From Candidatus Kapaibacterium sp. (lineage in GTDB: Bacteria > Bacteroidota > Ignavibacteria > Kapaibacteriales > UBA2268), in the NCBI GenBank assembly GCA_031550405.1, contig JAVBOP010000154.1, positions 1 through 50,273 of the forward strand: DNA of 50,273 nucleotides, in the 5' to 3' direction. The translations under genes and the position numbers were made by a program. How positions within the stretch are numbered: the first letter of the stretch is position 1; each line of letters begins with the position of its first letter. The notes below the pieces were generated by a model that did not search any database, was not told the origin of the DNA, and saw only the letters and a list, made by a program, of their open reading frames with translations. Shown piece by piece: positions 38,719 to 48,074 of this stretch.

Positions 38719-40509
38719 ATGAAAAGTATAAATCGAACATTCGAAAAAATATTAGACTGGAAAAATGAACACGTATCCGATAGAACTTTTCTGCTGATGC
38801 TGAGCCTGCTTACAGGAATTGTAACAGGCTTGGCAACGGTTCTGCTGAAAACGATTGTACATACTACAGGCACTTTCGTGAATAGCATTGTAAATATTGA
38901 TTCTATCAACATGCTATACTTTGCGATGCCACTGATTGGTATTGCCCTCACCGTCATATATGTCAAATATCATGTGAAGGATTCGCTGTCGCACGGCATT
39001 AGTAAGGTGCTGTTCGCCATATCCAAAAACGAGAGCAAGATTAAGCCTCATAACTGCTATTCGTCTATCATTGCGAGCACTCTGACGGTAGGTTTTGGCG
39101 GCTCGGTTGGACTTGAAGCGCCAACGGTTCTAACAGGCTCGGCAATCGGCTCTAACCTGTCCCAGCTGTTCAAATTCGACGACTACCGCACACGTACGCT
39201 GCTGTTGGGTTGCGGAGCGGCAGCGGCTGTATCCTGCATATTCAAAGCGCCCATAGCAGGCGTAATTTTTGCGCTGGAAGTGCTGATGCTTGATTTGAGC
39301 ATGGTCTCGCTCATACCGCTGCTCATAGCCGCTGTAACTGGCAGTATCATATCCACGCTGCTGTTAGGCAATAGCGTTGTATTCTATTTCGTCGTTTTCG
39401 AGCCATTCAATATCCACAACACTTTTTACTATATGTTTCTGGGCGTATTTTGCGGCTTTATAGGACTGTATTTTACTAAAGTATTGGAATTTATAGAGAA
39501 CAGGTTCTTGTCAAAAATAAAAAACCATACATCTAAATTGCTGACAGGCGGTATATTGCTTGGAGTTTTAATCTTCTTTTTTCCGCCGTTATATGGCGAG
39601 GGATATGATACGCTTCAATATCTGTTCAGCAAAAATCCGAGCGACGCCCTGCACCACAGCCTGTTTCTGCCTTATGGTGATAATATATGGATAGTGGCAT
39701 TATTTTTACTTTTAGTCGTTATATTTAAGGCATTTGCAGTGGCATTTACTACAGGCGGCGGCGGTGTTGGAGGTGTCTTTGCACCAGCACTGTTCCTTGG
39801 CGGCATTGCAGGCTATCTATCATCTATCGTTATAAATTTTATAGGCATTTCACACGTATCTCAGCGAAATTTTGCACTGGTTGGCATGGCAGGAGTCATG
39901 GCGGCAATTATGCACGCACCTTTGACAGCAATCTTCTTAATCGCTGAAATAACAAGTGGTTATGAACTGTTTGTTCCGATTATAATCACAGCCACAACAG
40001 CATATTTAACAATCCATCGTTTTGAAACGCACTCAATTTATACTAAAAGATTGGCGAAAGAGGGCGACTTGATAACGCACGACAAGGATAAGGCGGTGCT
40101 GACGCTGCTCAATCCAGATGATTTGATTGAAAGGGATTTTAATACCATAAATTATGATTCGTTTCTTGGCGATTTAATACTTGAGGTTGCAAAATCGCAT
40201 CGAAATATTTTTCCTGTCATCGACAATGAAAATCGCTTTAAGGGCATGATTTTTCTCGATGATATCCGCAAGATAATGTTTGACCACGATCTGTATGAAG
40301 AAATTGCGGTAAAGACTTTGATAAAACAGCCTAAGGTATTGATATATCATGATGATACGATGAAGGAGATTGTGGAAAAATTCGAGCAGACAGGCGACTG
40401 GAACATGGTTGTGGTCAATGGCTCAAAATACATTGGCTTCATTTCAAAATCCAAAATGCTGACTTTATACCGCGAGCTTCTCATCAAAGTATCATACGAA
40501 ATGGGCTAA
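38719..40509 (+). CDS. ClC-family chloride channel/antiporter with a C-terminal CBS pair
   Basis: Has GSVGLEAP, GGGVGGVFAP and PLTAIFLIAE selectivity motifs, followed by two CBS-like repeats. Confidence 0.9.
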   Translation: MKSINRTFEKILDWKNEHVSDRTFLLMLSLLTGIVTGLATVLLKTIVHTTGTFVNSIVNIDSINMLYFAMPLIGIALTVIYVKYHVKDSLSHGISKVLFAISKNESKIKPHNCYSSIIASTLTVGFGGSVGLEAPTVLTGSAIGSNLSQLFKFDDYRTRTLLLGCGAAAAVSCIFKAPIAGVIFALEVLMLDLSMVSLIPLLIAAVTGSIISTLLLGNSVVFYFVVFEPFNIHNTFYYMFLGVFCGFIGLYFTKVLEFIENRFLSKIKNHTSKLLTGGILLGVLIFFFPPLYGEGYDTLQYLFSKNPSDALHHSLFLPYGDNIWIVALFLLLVVIFKAFAVAFTTGGGGVGGVFAPALFLGGIAGYLSSIVINFIGISHVSQRNFALVGMAGVMAAIMHAPLTAIFLIAEITSGYELFVPIIITATTAYLTIHRFETHSIYTKRLAKEGDLITHDKDKAVLTLLNPDDLIERDFNTINYDSFLGDLILEVAKSHRNIFPVIDNENRFKGMIFLDDIRKIMFDHDLYEEIAVKTLIKQPKVLIYHDDTMKEIVEKFEQTGDWNMVVVNGSKYIGFISKSKMLTLYRELLIKVSYEMG

Positions 40510-40522
40510 TCCACCTTGCTAA

Positions 40523-40698
40523 TCACTTTAAATTATAAGATGTTACGTATAAGTCTATTTCAATCGGAGATAAAGTATTTTTATTCTTCGGAAAAGGAAT
40601 AACAACAATAACTCCTTTATTTTCAATAGCTTTTATCTGGTTTTCATTTGCATAGCCGCCATCTGCAACTATTATTTCAGAAATAAATATCAATAAAT
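40523..40698 (-). pseudogene. Relic of a DDE transposase (IS1182/IS4-like catalytic-core fragment)
   Basis: The reverse frame reads ..EIIVADGGYANENQIKAIENKGVIVVIPFPKNKN..*. It has the typical ADxGY...gi...IP segment, no start codon, and fills the spacer between clc and alaS. Confidence 0.45.
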
Positions 40699-43269
40699 CT
40701 AAAATTTTTCAACAATATTATAAAATTCTGTTTCTAATAATTGCGGCAATTTAGAAATATCTTTGCCGCCAGCCGTTGCTAAATGAGGTTTGCCGCCGCC
40801 GCCGCCGCCGAGTAGTTTTGCAGCTTCACCGACAAGTTTTCCGGCGGGCATTTTCCCTTTCAAATCGTCAGTTACAGCACAAGCAAGCTGCACTTTGTCA
40901 TCAATAATCGTCGCAATCAGGCAAATGCCTTGTGTATTCAAGGATTCGCGTGTTTTTTCAGCAATAGTTCTGAGCTGGTCAAGGTTGTCAATATTCTCCA
41001 TTTTGCGAACAATGACGCTAAGATTGCCGACCATTTTTTTGTCATTATCAGAAATATCGCCGGCTGATTGTGCGATTTTCTCCAATTTCGCCTTCTCTAT
41101 TTCCTTCTCAAAGCCTCGAATTTTATCCTGCAATTCCTCAATTATGAATTTTTGTTCATAAATTTTATCTTCCAAGCTCTTTACAAACGCCACCGCTTTA
41201 CAGCCTGTAACAGCTTCTATTCTGCGTACACCTGCAGCTACAGCCGATTCAGATGTGATTTTAAATAAACCAATTTCTGCCGTATTTTTAACATGAGTAC
41301 CGCCGCAAAGTTCAATCGAAAAATTGCTCATGGATAAAACTCGCACAATATCGCCATATTTATCGCCAAAAAACATTTTGATTTTCGGATTTTTTTGAGC
41401 TTCTTCGATCGTGCAAGTCTTTGTATCAACAGGTATTTGCTCCAATATTTTGGAATTTACAATGTCCTCAATTTTGCGAATTTGATCGCTGGTAACTTTC
41501 TCAAAATGGTTGAAATCAAAACGCAAATAATCCGCCGCCACCAGCGAACCAGCCTGCTGAATATGCGAGCCAAGCACCTCATAAAGCGTTTCATGCAGCA
41601 AATGCGTTGCGGTATGATTACGCATAATGGCACGGCGATGCTGAATATCCACAGTTGCAACGGCAAATTTATTGAGTATATCGCACATCATGGAATTTAT
41701 TTTTTCCTCCATATTTTCGGCACAAATATGGAAAATTGCATTCCCAACTTTCTTAACATTAACGATATTGCATGTTACGCCGGCTATAATAATTTCGCCA
41801 ATATCGCTGACCTGACCACCACTTTCCGCATAAAACGGAGTTTTTTCAAGAACAATCAAGTTGTCTTTTATGAACAAAATTTTAGACTGTGCTTTCAATT
41901 CTTCATAACCAATAAACTCCGAAACGAAATCAGTTTGCGGAAATTCTATGTTCATAGCCACATTTTTTTGAGCCGCTTTTGAACGCTCTTTCTGCTCTTT
42001 CATTTTTTGCTCAAATCCAGCAATATCAACGCCTAAGCCACGTTCGCGTGCAATTAATTCGGTCAAATCAAACGGAAAACCAAATGTATCATAAAGCAAA
42101 AATGCGTCATCTCCAGAAATGGTTTTCGTGTTAGAATTATGAATTTTAGTTAATATTTCTTCGATTCTATCCAAACCGCGTTCCATTGTTTGAAGAAAAT
42201 TTTCTTCTTCGCCACGAATAATTTTTTCTATATTCGCCTGATTTTGCTTGATTTCCTTGAAATAATCGCCCATAACATCGACAAGCGTTTGCACAAGTTT
42301 GTACATCATCGGTTCGCGGAAACCGAGTTCACGTGCATAGCGGCAAGCACGCCGCAAAATTCGCCGCAAAACATAGCTGCGACCTTCATTTCCGGGCATT
42401 GCGCCATCAGCAATCGCAAAAGACAACGCACGCAAATGGTCAGCAATAACACGCATCGCAATATCGCTTTTTTTCGTCAGATCGGCAGTATATTCGATTC
42501 CGCTAAGTGTTTGTATTTTCCGTAAAATAGGAGTAAAAATATCCGTGTCATAATTGGACTTCACATTCTGCAAAATCGAACAAATCCGCTCAAAACCCAT
42601 TCCCGTATCGACAAATTTGTCTTTCAACGGTTCGAGTTCGCCATTTTCCTTGCGATTGAACTGAATAAACACCAGATTCCAAATTTCAATAACATCGGGA
42701 GAGCCTGCATTTACAAGGCTTGCACCGGACATATCGGGCGTTCTGTCATAATGCACTTCACTGCACGGACCGCATGGACCAGTATTTCCCATTTCCCAGA
42801 AATTATCCTTTTCGTCAAAACGCTGGATATGATCTTCGGGCAGATAATTTTTCCAAATTTCATAAGCCTCATCATCGGTGCGATAAACGGTCGCATAGAG
42901 GCGTTTTGGGTCAAGTTTCCAAATTTTTGTTAATAATTCCCACGCCCAATCAATCGCTTCAACTTTATAATAATCGCCAAAACTCCAATTGCCGAGCATT
43001 TCGAAAAAAGTATGATGATAAGTATCGACACCGACTTCTTCCAAATCGTTGTGTTTTCCGCTTACGCGAATACATTTTTGGGTATCAGCAGCACGTTTAT
43101 AATCGCGATTGCCAGTGCCAATAAACACATCTTTGAACTGGTTCATGCCGGCATTTATGAAGAGCAAAGTCGGGTCGCCATGAGGAATTACAGGGAAACT
43201 TGGAACTATTCTATGGTCTTTTGATTTGAAAAAATCAAGAAATGATTGTCTAATTTCTTTCGATGTCAT
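40699..43269 (-). CDS. alaS: Alanine--tRNA ligase
   Basis: 856 aa. Has FFKSKDH, the class II core, the editing-domain HTATHLLH motif and a C-terminal GGGGGKP motif. Confidence 0.97.
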   Translation of the reverse strand: MTSKEIRQSFLDFFKSKDHRIVPSFPVIPHGDPTLLFINAGMNQFKDVFIGTGNRDYKRAADTQKCIRVSGKHNDLEEVGVDTYHHTFFEMLGNWSFGDYYKVEAIDWAWELLTKIWKLDPKRLYATVYRTDDEAYEIWKNYLPEDHIQRFDEKDNFWEMGNTGPCGPCSEVHYDRTPDMSGASLVNAGSPDVIEIWNLVFIQFNRKENGELEPLKDKFVDTGMGFERICSILQNVKSNYDTDIFTPILRKIQTLSGIEYTADLTKKSDIAMRVIADHLRALSFAIADGAMPGNEGRSYVLRRILRRACRYARELGFREPMMYKLVQTLVDVMGDYFKEIKQNQANIEKIIRGEEENFLQTMERGLDRIEEILTKIHNSNTKTISGDDAFLLYDTFGFPFDLTELIARERGLGVDIAGFEQKMKEQKERSKAAQKNVAMNIEFPQTDFVSEFIGYEELKAQSKILFIKDNLIVLEKTPFYAESGGQVSDIGEIIIAGVTCNIVNVKKVGNAIFHICAENMEEKINSMMCDILNKFAVATVDIQHRRAIMRNHTATHLLHETLYEVLGSHIQQAGSLVAADYLRFDFNHFEKVTSDQIRKIEDIVNSKILEQIPVDTKTCTIEEAQKNPKIKMFFGDKYGDIVRVLSMSNFSIELCGGTHVKNTAEIGLFKITSESAVAAGVRRIEAVTGCKAVAFVKSLEDKIYEQKFIIEELQDKIRGFEKEIEKAKLEKIAQSAGDISDNDKKMVGNLSVIVRKMENIDNLDQLRTIAEKTRESLNTQGICLIATIIDDKVQLACAVTDDLKGKMPAGKLVGEAAKLLGGGGGGKPHLATAGGKDISKLPQLLETEFYNIVEKF
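41142..41161. repeat. Palindromic motif match inside alaS (TTATGAATTTTTGTTCATAA)
   Basis: Both 7-nt half-sites are perfect. Encodes ..YEQKFII.. in the linker before the C-terminal domain. Confidence 0.5.
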
Positions 43270-43304
43270 AAATATTTATTCATAATTTGTTTGTATAAAT
43301 CTTA

Positions 43305-43312
43305 CAAATTTA
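43305..43312 (-). promoter_or_regulatory. TAAATTTG candidate -7 box upstream of alaS
   Basis: 36 nt upstream of ATG 43269. Confidence 0.35.
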
Positions 43313-43387
43313 CACAAATTTTGCTGATTGGTTGATATGTAAAGTTAGAGATATATTTCTGAATATTTCTGAATATTTATTAATTTT

Positions 43388-45316
43388 TCAATAGTTTATG
43401 TTGCAGGTGAGGGTGAATGTGCGGCCCGGCATGATGTAGTTGCTGATGATTGCGTAGCGCTCATCCAGTAAATTTTTGCAGTCGAAACGGAATGTCAAAT
43501 TAAGTCGTGAAAATATGAATTTTTTGTAAATAAATGCATCTATTGTGAAATATGACGGAAGAATTGCGCGGCTGTCATTGTCGGGCTGCGTGTAGCGGAA
43601 GCTCGAATAATCGCATTTAAATCCAAAATCAATATTTGCTAAGTCCATTTTATAAAAAATAGTTATCAGTTCATTTGGCGTGTATGGCAATTGTTTATTA
43701 TAAGTTTTTTCATCTCCAGATTTATCTATTGTTTTTTGCAAAGTGTATGACAGATTAAAACTATTTATGAATAAAAATTCATCAATAAGCGACAGAGAAA
43801 ATTCCAGTCCGGATGAAACCGCCTTATCCAAATTCTGCGCAGTCCAACTTATTGGCGTTTTCGGCATCGAAACTATCATGTCCTCAACAGGCAGATAAAA
43901 TCCTTCGACCTCAAAAAACAAATAATCCATCATGCTATACTGCATACCGAGATTAAAACTATTCGATTTTTCAGGCTTTAAATTCTTATTTCCATAGTTC
44001 CGATAATACATTTCATTGAAATTTGGCGGGCGAAAATTATGGGAAAAACTGGTTTTTGCGCGGACAGGAAATCCAGAAATCGAATATATCGCACCGGCAA
44101 GAGCGGAAAAAGCCGAGTATGAATCGCTGATATAATCAACTCGAACACCTGCATTCGCCGCAAGCTGCTGCGCACCGAAATCAAAATTTTTCTCAATGCG
44201 GTAGGATGCTGCAAGCGTTGTCCGGTGCACATTGGAGTCCACATCCGGATCAAGCATACTCCCACTCAAAGTGCTGTAGAAGGCGTTGGCAAGTATCTCA
44301 TTATAAAAATTTGCAGCATGGAACGTATATTTTGAGTTTATGCCAAAATCTTTTAACCGAAAATCGCTATTGGGCTGAGATGTTTTTTGAGGCTCCAAGT
44401 AGCTGCTATTATTCGACATAGCTATTCCTGAGAAAAATATGGATGAAGAATCGCTAAGAAGTTTGCCTGTATGCAATAGAAATATGAATTTTTTTTCATC
44501 CATTCTGTCGTTACTTTGACTTACATTTCCCTGTAAAACCGCACCGGGTATGCCTTTGTCAATAGAGCTATATATGCCTCTGCCCCAAAGATTCCAATCG
44601 CCTATATTGGTTTTGCCCAGCATTGATAGCGAAAGATTGGCATAATCTGCATTCTGCCTTTTAGCCGTTACATCCTCGCCAAACTGATTGCAGGTAAATG
44701 GATAGTCGCCATTTGAAGCCAAATAATTCACACTACCCGATATATAGCTGCTACTTACAGGGATACTGCCTGTTAAATTCACCCCCAGTTCTCCAAAAGA
44801 TCCTGCCAGAATAGAGGCCTTCAGCATATTCTGAGGTATGAGGTCAGTACGTATATTCACCGCCCCGCCAACGGCATTACCGCCAAAAATAGCAGAAGCT
44901 CCGCCGCGCATGATTTCAATATTATCTATCACAGGTACCGGTAAATCGCCAAGGTTATAGCTACTGTTCTGCGTGGAGCTTATGGGCATTCCATCGAGCA
45001 ATATCAACGTCCGGGAGCTGCCAAGTCCACGTACGGCTACGGTTTTGATGCCGCCCAAGCCGCCATAATCCTTAACTGCCACACCGGGGGATATGCTCAG
45101 TATATCAGAGATTTGGATGGGTGCAAGGCTGCTTATTTTATCATTTCCAATGACAGATACGGGCGAAAAATTCATTGCGGAACTGGTTAATATCCTGCTG
45201 CCGATAACCTCTATTTCCTGAATAGCCTTGCTCGCTGCAAGCGTATCATCTGCTTGTCGGGCAAGGGCATTAATATTTATAGTCAAGAGAAAATATACGG
45301 CAAATATATGTTTCAT
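43388..45316 (-). CDS. TonB-dependent outer-membrane receptor
   Basis: Has a signal peptide, a plug region (IEVIGSR, DILSISPGV, VAVRGLG, ILLDGMP, IEIMRGGASAIFG) and a barrel ending in an aromatic residue. Start moved to the ATG at 45316. Confidence 0.85.
   Translation of the reverse strand: MKHIFAVYFLLTININALARQADDTLAASKAIQEIEVIGSRILTSSAMNFSPVSVIGNDKISSLAPIQISDILSISPGVAVKDYGGLGGIKTVAVRGLGSSRTLILLDGMPISSTQNSSYNLGDLPVPVIDNIEIMRGGASAIFGGNAVGGAVNIRTDLIPQNMLKASILAGSFGELGVNLTGSIPVSSSYISGSVNYLASNGDYPFTCNQFGEDVTAKRQNADYANLSLSMLGKTNIGDWNLWGRGIYSSIDKGIPGAVLQGNVSQSNDRMDEKKFIFLLHTGKLLSDSSSIFFSGIAMSNNSSYLEPQKTSQPNSDFRLKDFGINSKYTFHAANFYNEILANAFYSTLSGSMLDPDVDSNVHRTTLAASYRIEKNFDFGAQQLAANAGVRVDYISDSYSAFSALAGAIYSISGFPVRAKTSFSHNFRPPNFNEMYYRNYGNKNLKPEKSNSFNLGMQYSMMDYLFFEVEGFYLPVEDMIVSMPKTPISWTAQNLDKAVSSGLEFSLSLIDEFLFINSFNLSYTLQKTIDKSGDEKTYNKQLPYTPNELITIFYKMDLANIDFGFKCDYSSFRYTQPDNDSRAILPSYFTIDAFIYKKFIFSRLNLTFRFDCKNLLDERYAIISNYIMPGRTFTLTCNINY
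43765..43784. repeat. Weak palindromic motif match inside the TonB-receptor gene (TTATGAATAAAAATTCATCA)
   Basis: The left half is perfect and the right half has 1 mismatch. Confidence 0.3.
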
Positions 45317-45369
45317 ACATGGTCTGCAAAGAGTGGGATTAGCCTTCAACATGAATATTATTAGTGCGT

Positions 45370-45377
45370 CAAATATA
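45370..45377 (-). promoter_or_regulatory. TATATTTG candidate -7 box upstream of the TonB-dependent receptor
   Basis: 54 nt upstream of ATG 45316. Confidence 0.3.
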
Positions 45378-45539
45378 CAAAAAAATGAAGCAACGGCATA
45401 ATATATGTATATTGCGTTATTTGGTATTGTGATTATATCCGGAGCAGATACGCAAAAACAATTAATCTTATTTGCACGTAATCAATCTAATGTAAAGATA
45501 AATGTATATTCTATAACCATTGCAATACGGGAGGGCAAA

Positions 45540-46751
45540 ATGAAAGCGAAAGTGAGAAATATCAGTATAGTTGCATTAATAGCCGTATTATTGGCGGCTT
45601 GTTCTACAACCAATACTCAGGAAGACAGTTTTGGATACAGTGCGCCAAGAGTGAAAAAAGTTACTACAACCACTACTAAAGTAGCAACTACCACTCAAAC
45701 TACCACTACTACTGTCAATGACGACGGCAGTATCACTGAAACTACAACCACATACCCCGAAGAAGAGACCTATGTTGAAAGTGGAGGACTTATCGGAACA
45801 GATATTTTTACAACCACCGAAACAACATCAAGCGGGAGTACCATAATCAATAACTACTATGTAAATGACGGATATAGCACAGGATACTATCCATATTGGG
45901 GCTGGGGAGGATGGTATGTAACCATTGGCTGGGCATGGTCTTATCCATGGTATTACTATAACCCATACCCGTATTACGCATATTCATATAACCCGTACCC
46001 ATATTATGGCTATGGCTGCTATCCATACGGCGGATACCCATACTACTGCGATTATTACGCCACGCCGCGCAGAGGATATTATCCTCACTATGACTATGTA
46101 GTAAAGCCAAGATATGCCACATCTGCAGGTGCAAGAACAGGCTACAGGCAAAGCTCCCGCACCGAAGCACGGTCATCTGCTTCGACAACAGGAAGGACAG
46201 CTCCTGTAAATAGCAGGACAGCTTCGGGCAGAAATGGCGTATCGGAAAGAACATCCACTTTACCGTCAGGCATGTCGAGCACCGCGGATAGAGATGGCAA
46301 CAGCAATGCACGCACAGGCGCATCGACTGCTACAAACGAAAGGCAGGGAGCAACATCTGCAACAGGAACTCAAACTGCTACAAGCCGGCGAGCACAGCCT
46401 GATGCCTCCACCAATTCAAATGGAGAGGCTAACAGGGAAAGAAATATGAATACAGGCAGAGAGGCTAATACACGTACAAATGCCGGCAGTACGTCAACTA
46501 CAGGCAGAGAAAGAAATATGAACACGGGCGTGCAGCAGCGAAGCGGACGCGAAGAATCTGCTCCTGCAAACAGAGCGCCAAGCACAACAAGGCAGGAGGC
46601 TGCACCTCAACCTCAACCGTCGCGCAATAATAGCAACTATTCATCGCCTGCTCCATCACGCAGCAGTGCACCAAGTGCTCCGAGCAGTGGTGGAAGGAGC
46701 GGCAGCAGTGGTAGCAGCAATTCAGGCGGACGTACAGGCGGCAGAAGATAA
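45540..46751 (+). CDS. Lipoprotein of extreme low complexity (Thr-rich, then Tyr/Pro/Trp/Gly-rich, then Arg/Ser/Thr/Asn/Gly-rich)
   Basis: A GGGAGG RBS precedes the ATG at 45540. Has a lipobox (VLLAACSTT). There are no stops across about 400 codons in a locally G+C-richer stretch. No family recognised. Confidence 0.6.
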   Translation: MKAKVRNISIVALIAVLLAACSTTNTQEDSFGYSAPRVKKVTTTTTKVATTTQTTTTTVNDDGSITETTTTYPEEETYVESGGLIGTDIFTTTETTSSGSTIINNYYVNDGYSTGYYPYWGWGGWYVTIGWAWSYPWYYYNPYPYYAYSYNPYPYYGYGCYPYGGYPYYCDYYATPRRGYYPHYDYVVKPRYATSAGARTGYRQSSRTEARSSASTTGRTAPVNSRTASGRNGVSERTSTLPSGMSSTADRDGNSNARTGASTATNERQGATSATGTQTATSRRAQPDASTNSNGEANRERNMNTGREANTRTNAGSTSTTGRERNMNTGVQQRSGREESAPANRAPSTTRQEAAPQPQPSRNNSNYSSPAPSRSSAPSAPSSGGRSGSSGSSNSGGRTGGRR

Positions 46752-46778
46752 CCTGCTTAAGAAAAAATTGTTGTACCC

Positions 46779-46838
46779 AAAGTTACACGGAATGTATTTG
46801 AGAATATCAATAGCACTTTGTGTAACTTTCTTTTTTTT
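46779..46838 (+). terminator. Long-loop hairpin plus T8: terminator of the lipoprotein gene or an attenuator before the DAHP synthase gene
   Basis: Perfect 10-bp stem AAAGTTACAC (46779-46788) / GTGTAACTTT (46820-46829), a 31-nt loop, then CTTTTTTTT. The next ATG is 25 nt further on. Confidence 0.5.
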
Positions 46839-46862
46839 GTTTTATCTTATCCCATTTTATTT

Positions 46863-47891
46863 ATGGAAAATAACGAAGATTTATTAAAAAAAATTAATAT
46901 ATTGCGCGAACAGGTGAATGATATTGATAATCACCTCGTCGAACTGTTGGCTAAAAGGAAAGGAATTACAAATGAATTAATTCAGCAAAAAATTGATGCA
47001 ATGCTTCCGGTTTTAGACAAACAGCGTGAAAGGGAAATAATAAGTAAGCATATACAAAATATAGACATAATCAATGAAACATTTCTAAATAAATTTTTCC
47101 ATTTACTTTTCGAAGATTCCAAAAGGCAATACTACAAATATGAAAATTTATTTAGCATTCATGACTATATTTGCAGGAGACCCATCATAATTGCAGGTCC
47201 ATGCGTTGTAGAAAATGAATTACAAATTAACACAATTGCAGAAAAATTGTCATCTTATGGTATAAAATTTTTGCGTGGCGGCAGCTTTAAACCGCGAACT
47301 TCGCCAAACAGTTTTCAGGGTTTGGGCAATGAAGGCGTAAAATTGCTGTCAGAAGCCGCTAAAAAAAATAACATGTATTCTGTAACTGAGATATTAGAAA
47401 TAGAGCAACTTGTTAAAAACTATGAACTTATAGATGTTGTGCAAATTGGAAGCCGCAGCATGACATCCTATGGGCTTTTGAAATCCGTGGGCAATATGAC
47501 TGCTAAAGACGGAAAATATGTTCTGCTAAAACGCGGCTTTTCGGCAACTTTGAGCGAATTTTTGAATGCCGCAGATTATATTTTGCAGGCTGGCAATCCG
47601 AACGTTATTCTTTGCCTGCGTGGCATTAGAACTTTCGAACAAATCGACTCAAATTTGCGCTTTACTCCAGACTTGGCAAGCATTTTGGAGCTTCGCGGAA
47701 GGACAGAGCTGCCTGTAATATTTGACCCGTCGCACTCAACGGGCAAGGCTAATTTTGTTGTCGACATTTCAAATGCGGCGCTAAATATTGGCGCAGACGG
47801 CTTGATAATAGAAGTGCACAACCAGCCTTCTACTTCGGAAGTTGATGCAATGCAAGCCATTATCCCTGAAAAAATTTTAGATATCATATAG
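46863..47891 (+). CDS. Bifunctional chorismate mutase / 3-deoxy-7-phosphoheptulonate (DAHP) synthase, type I-beta
   Basis: N-terminal AroQ-type CM helix (LREQVNDIDNHLVELLAKRKGIT) fused to a KDSA/AroA-like barrel (IAGPCVVE, LRGGSFKPRTSP, DPSH). Start moved to the ATG at 46863. Confidence 0.85.
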   Translation: MENNEDLLKKINILREQVNDIDNHLVELLAKRKGITNELIQQKIDAMLPVLDKQREREIISKHIQNIDIINETFLNKFFHLLFEDSKRQYYKYENLFSIHDYICRRPIIIAGPCVVENELQINTIAEKLSSYGIKFLRGGSFKPRTSPNSFQGLGNEGVKLLSEAAKKNNMYSVTEILEIEQLVKNYELIDVVQIGSRSMTSYGLLKSVGNMTAKDGKYVLLKRGFSATLSEFLNAADYILQAGNPNVILCLRGIRTFEQIDSNLRFTPDLASILELRGRTELPVIFDPSHSTGKANFVVDISNAALNIGADGLIIEVHNQPSTSEVDAMQAIIPEKILDII

Positions 47892-48020
47892 GTAACCATG
47901 AGAATAATTAAGGAGTAGTAGAGGTAATCGTAAATCAATATTTTTAATTTTTTTTTCATAAACCCCACCCGCTTCTCCCTGCATGCGTTAATTTGGATAA
48001 TTAATATCGCCTTTTTTTTG

Positions 48021-48028
48021 TATTTTTG
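48021..48028 (+). promoter_or_regulatory. TATTTTTG candidate -7 box upstream of mlaE
   Basis: 47 nt upstream of ATG 48075. Confidence 0.35.
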
Positions 48029-48074
48029 TACGACAATAAATTTTTATTTTATATAACTTGAATTTAGAGTATTA

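Noticed and set aside
36575-40509. Adjacent CPA2 antiporter and ClC channel as a possible novel ion-homeostasis system
   Set aside because: Both are ordinary, widespread transporter families, and adjacency alone is weak evidence. Each has a palindrome copy upstream (36457, 38661), but so do most genes here.
43351-43380. Tandem 10-mer (ATATTTCTGA repeated about 2.8 times) downstream of the TonB receptor gene
   Set aside because: It is very short and A/T-rich, so it is probably slippage-derived. No functional inference is possible.
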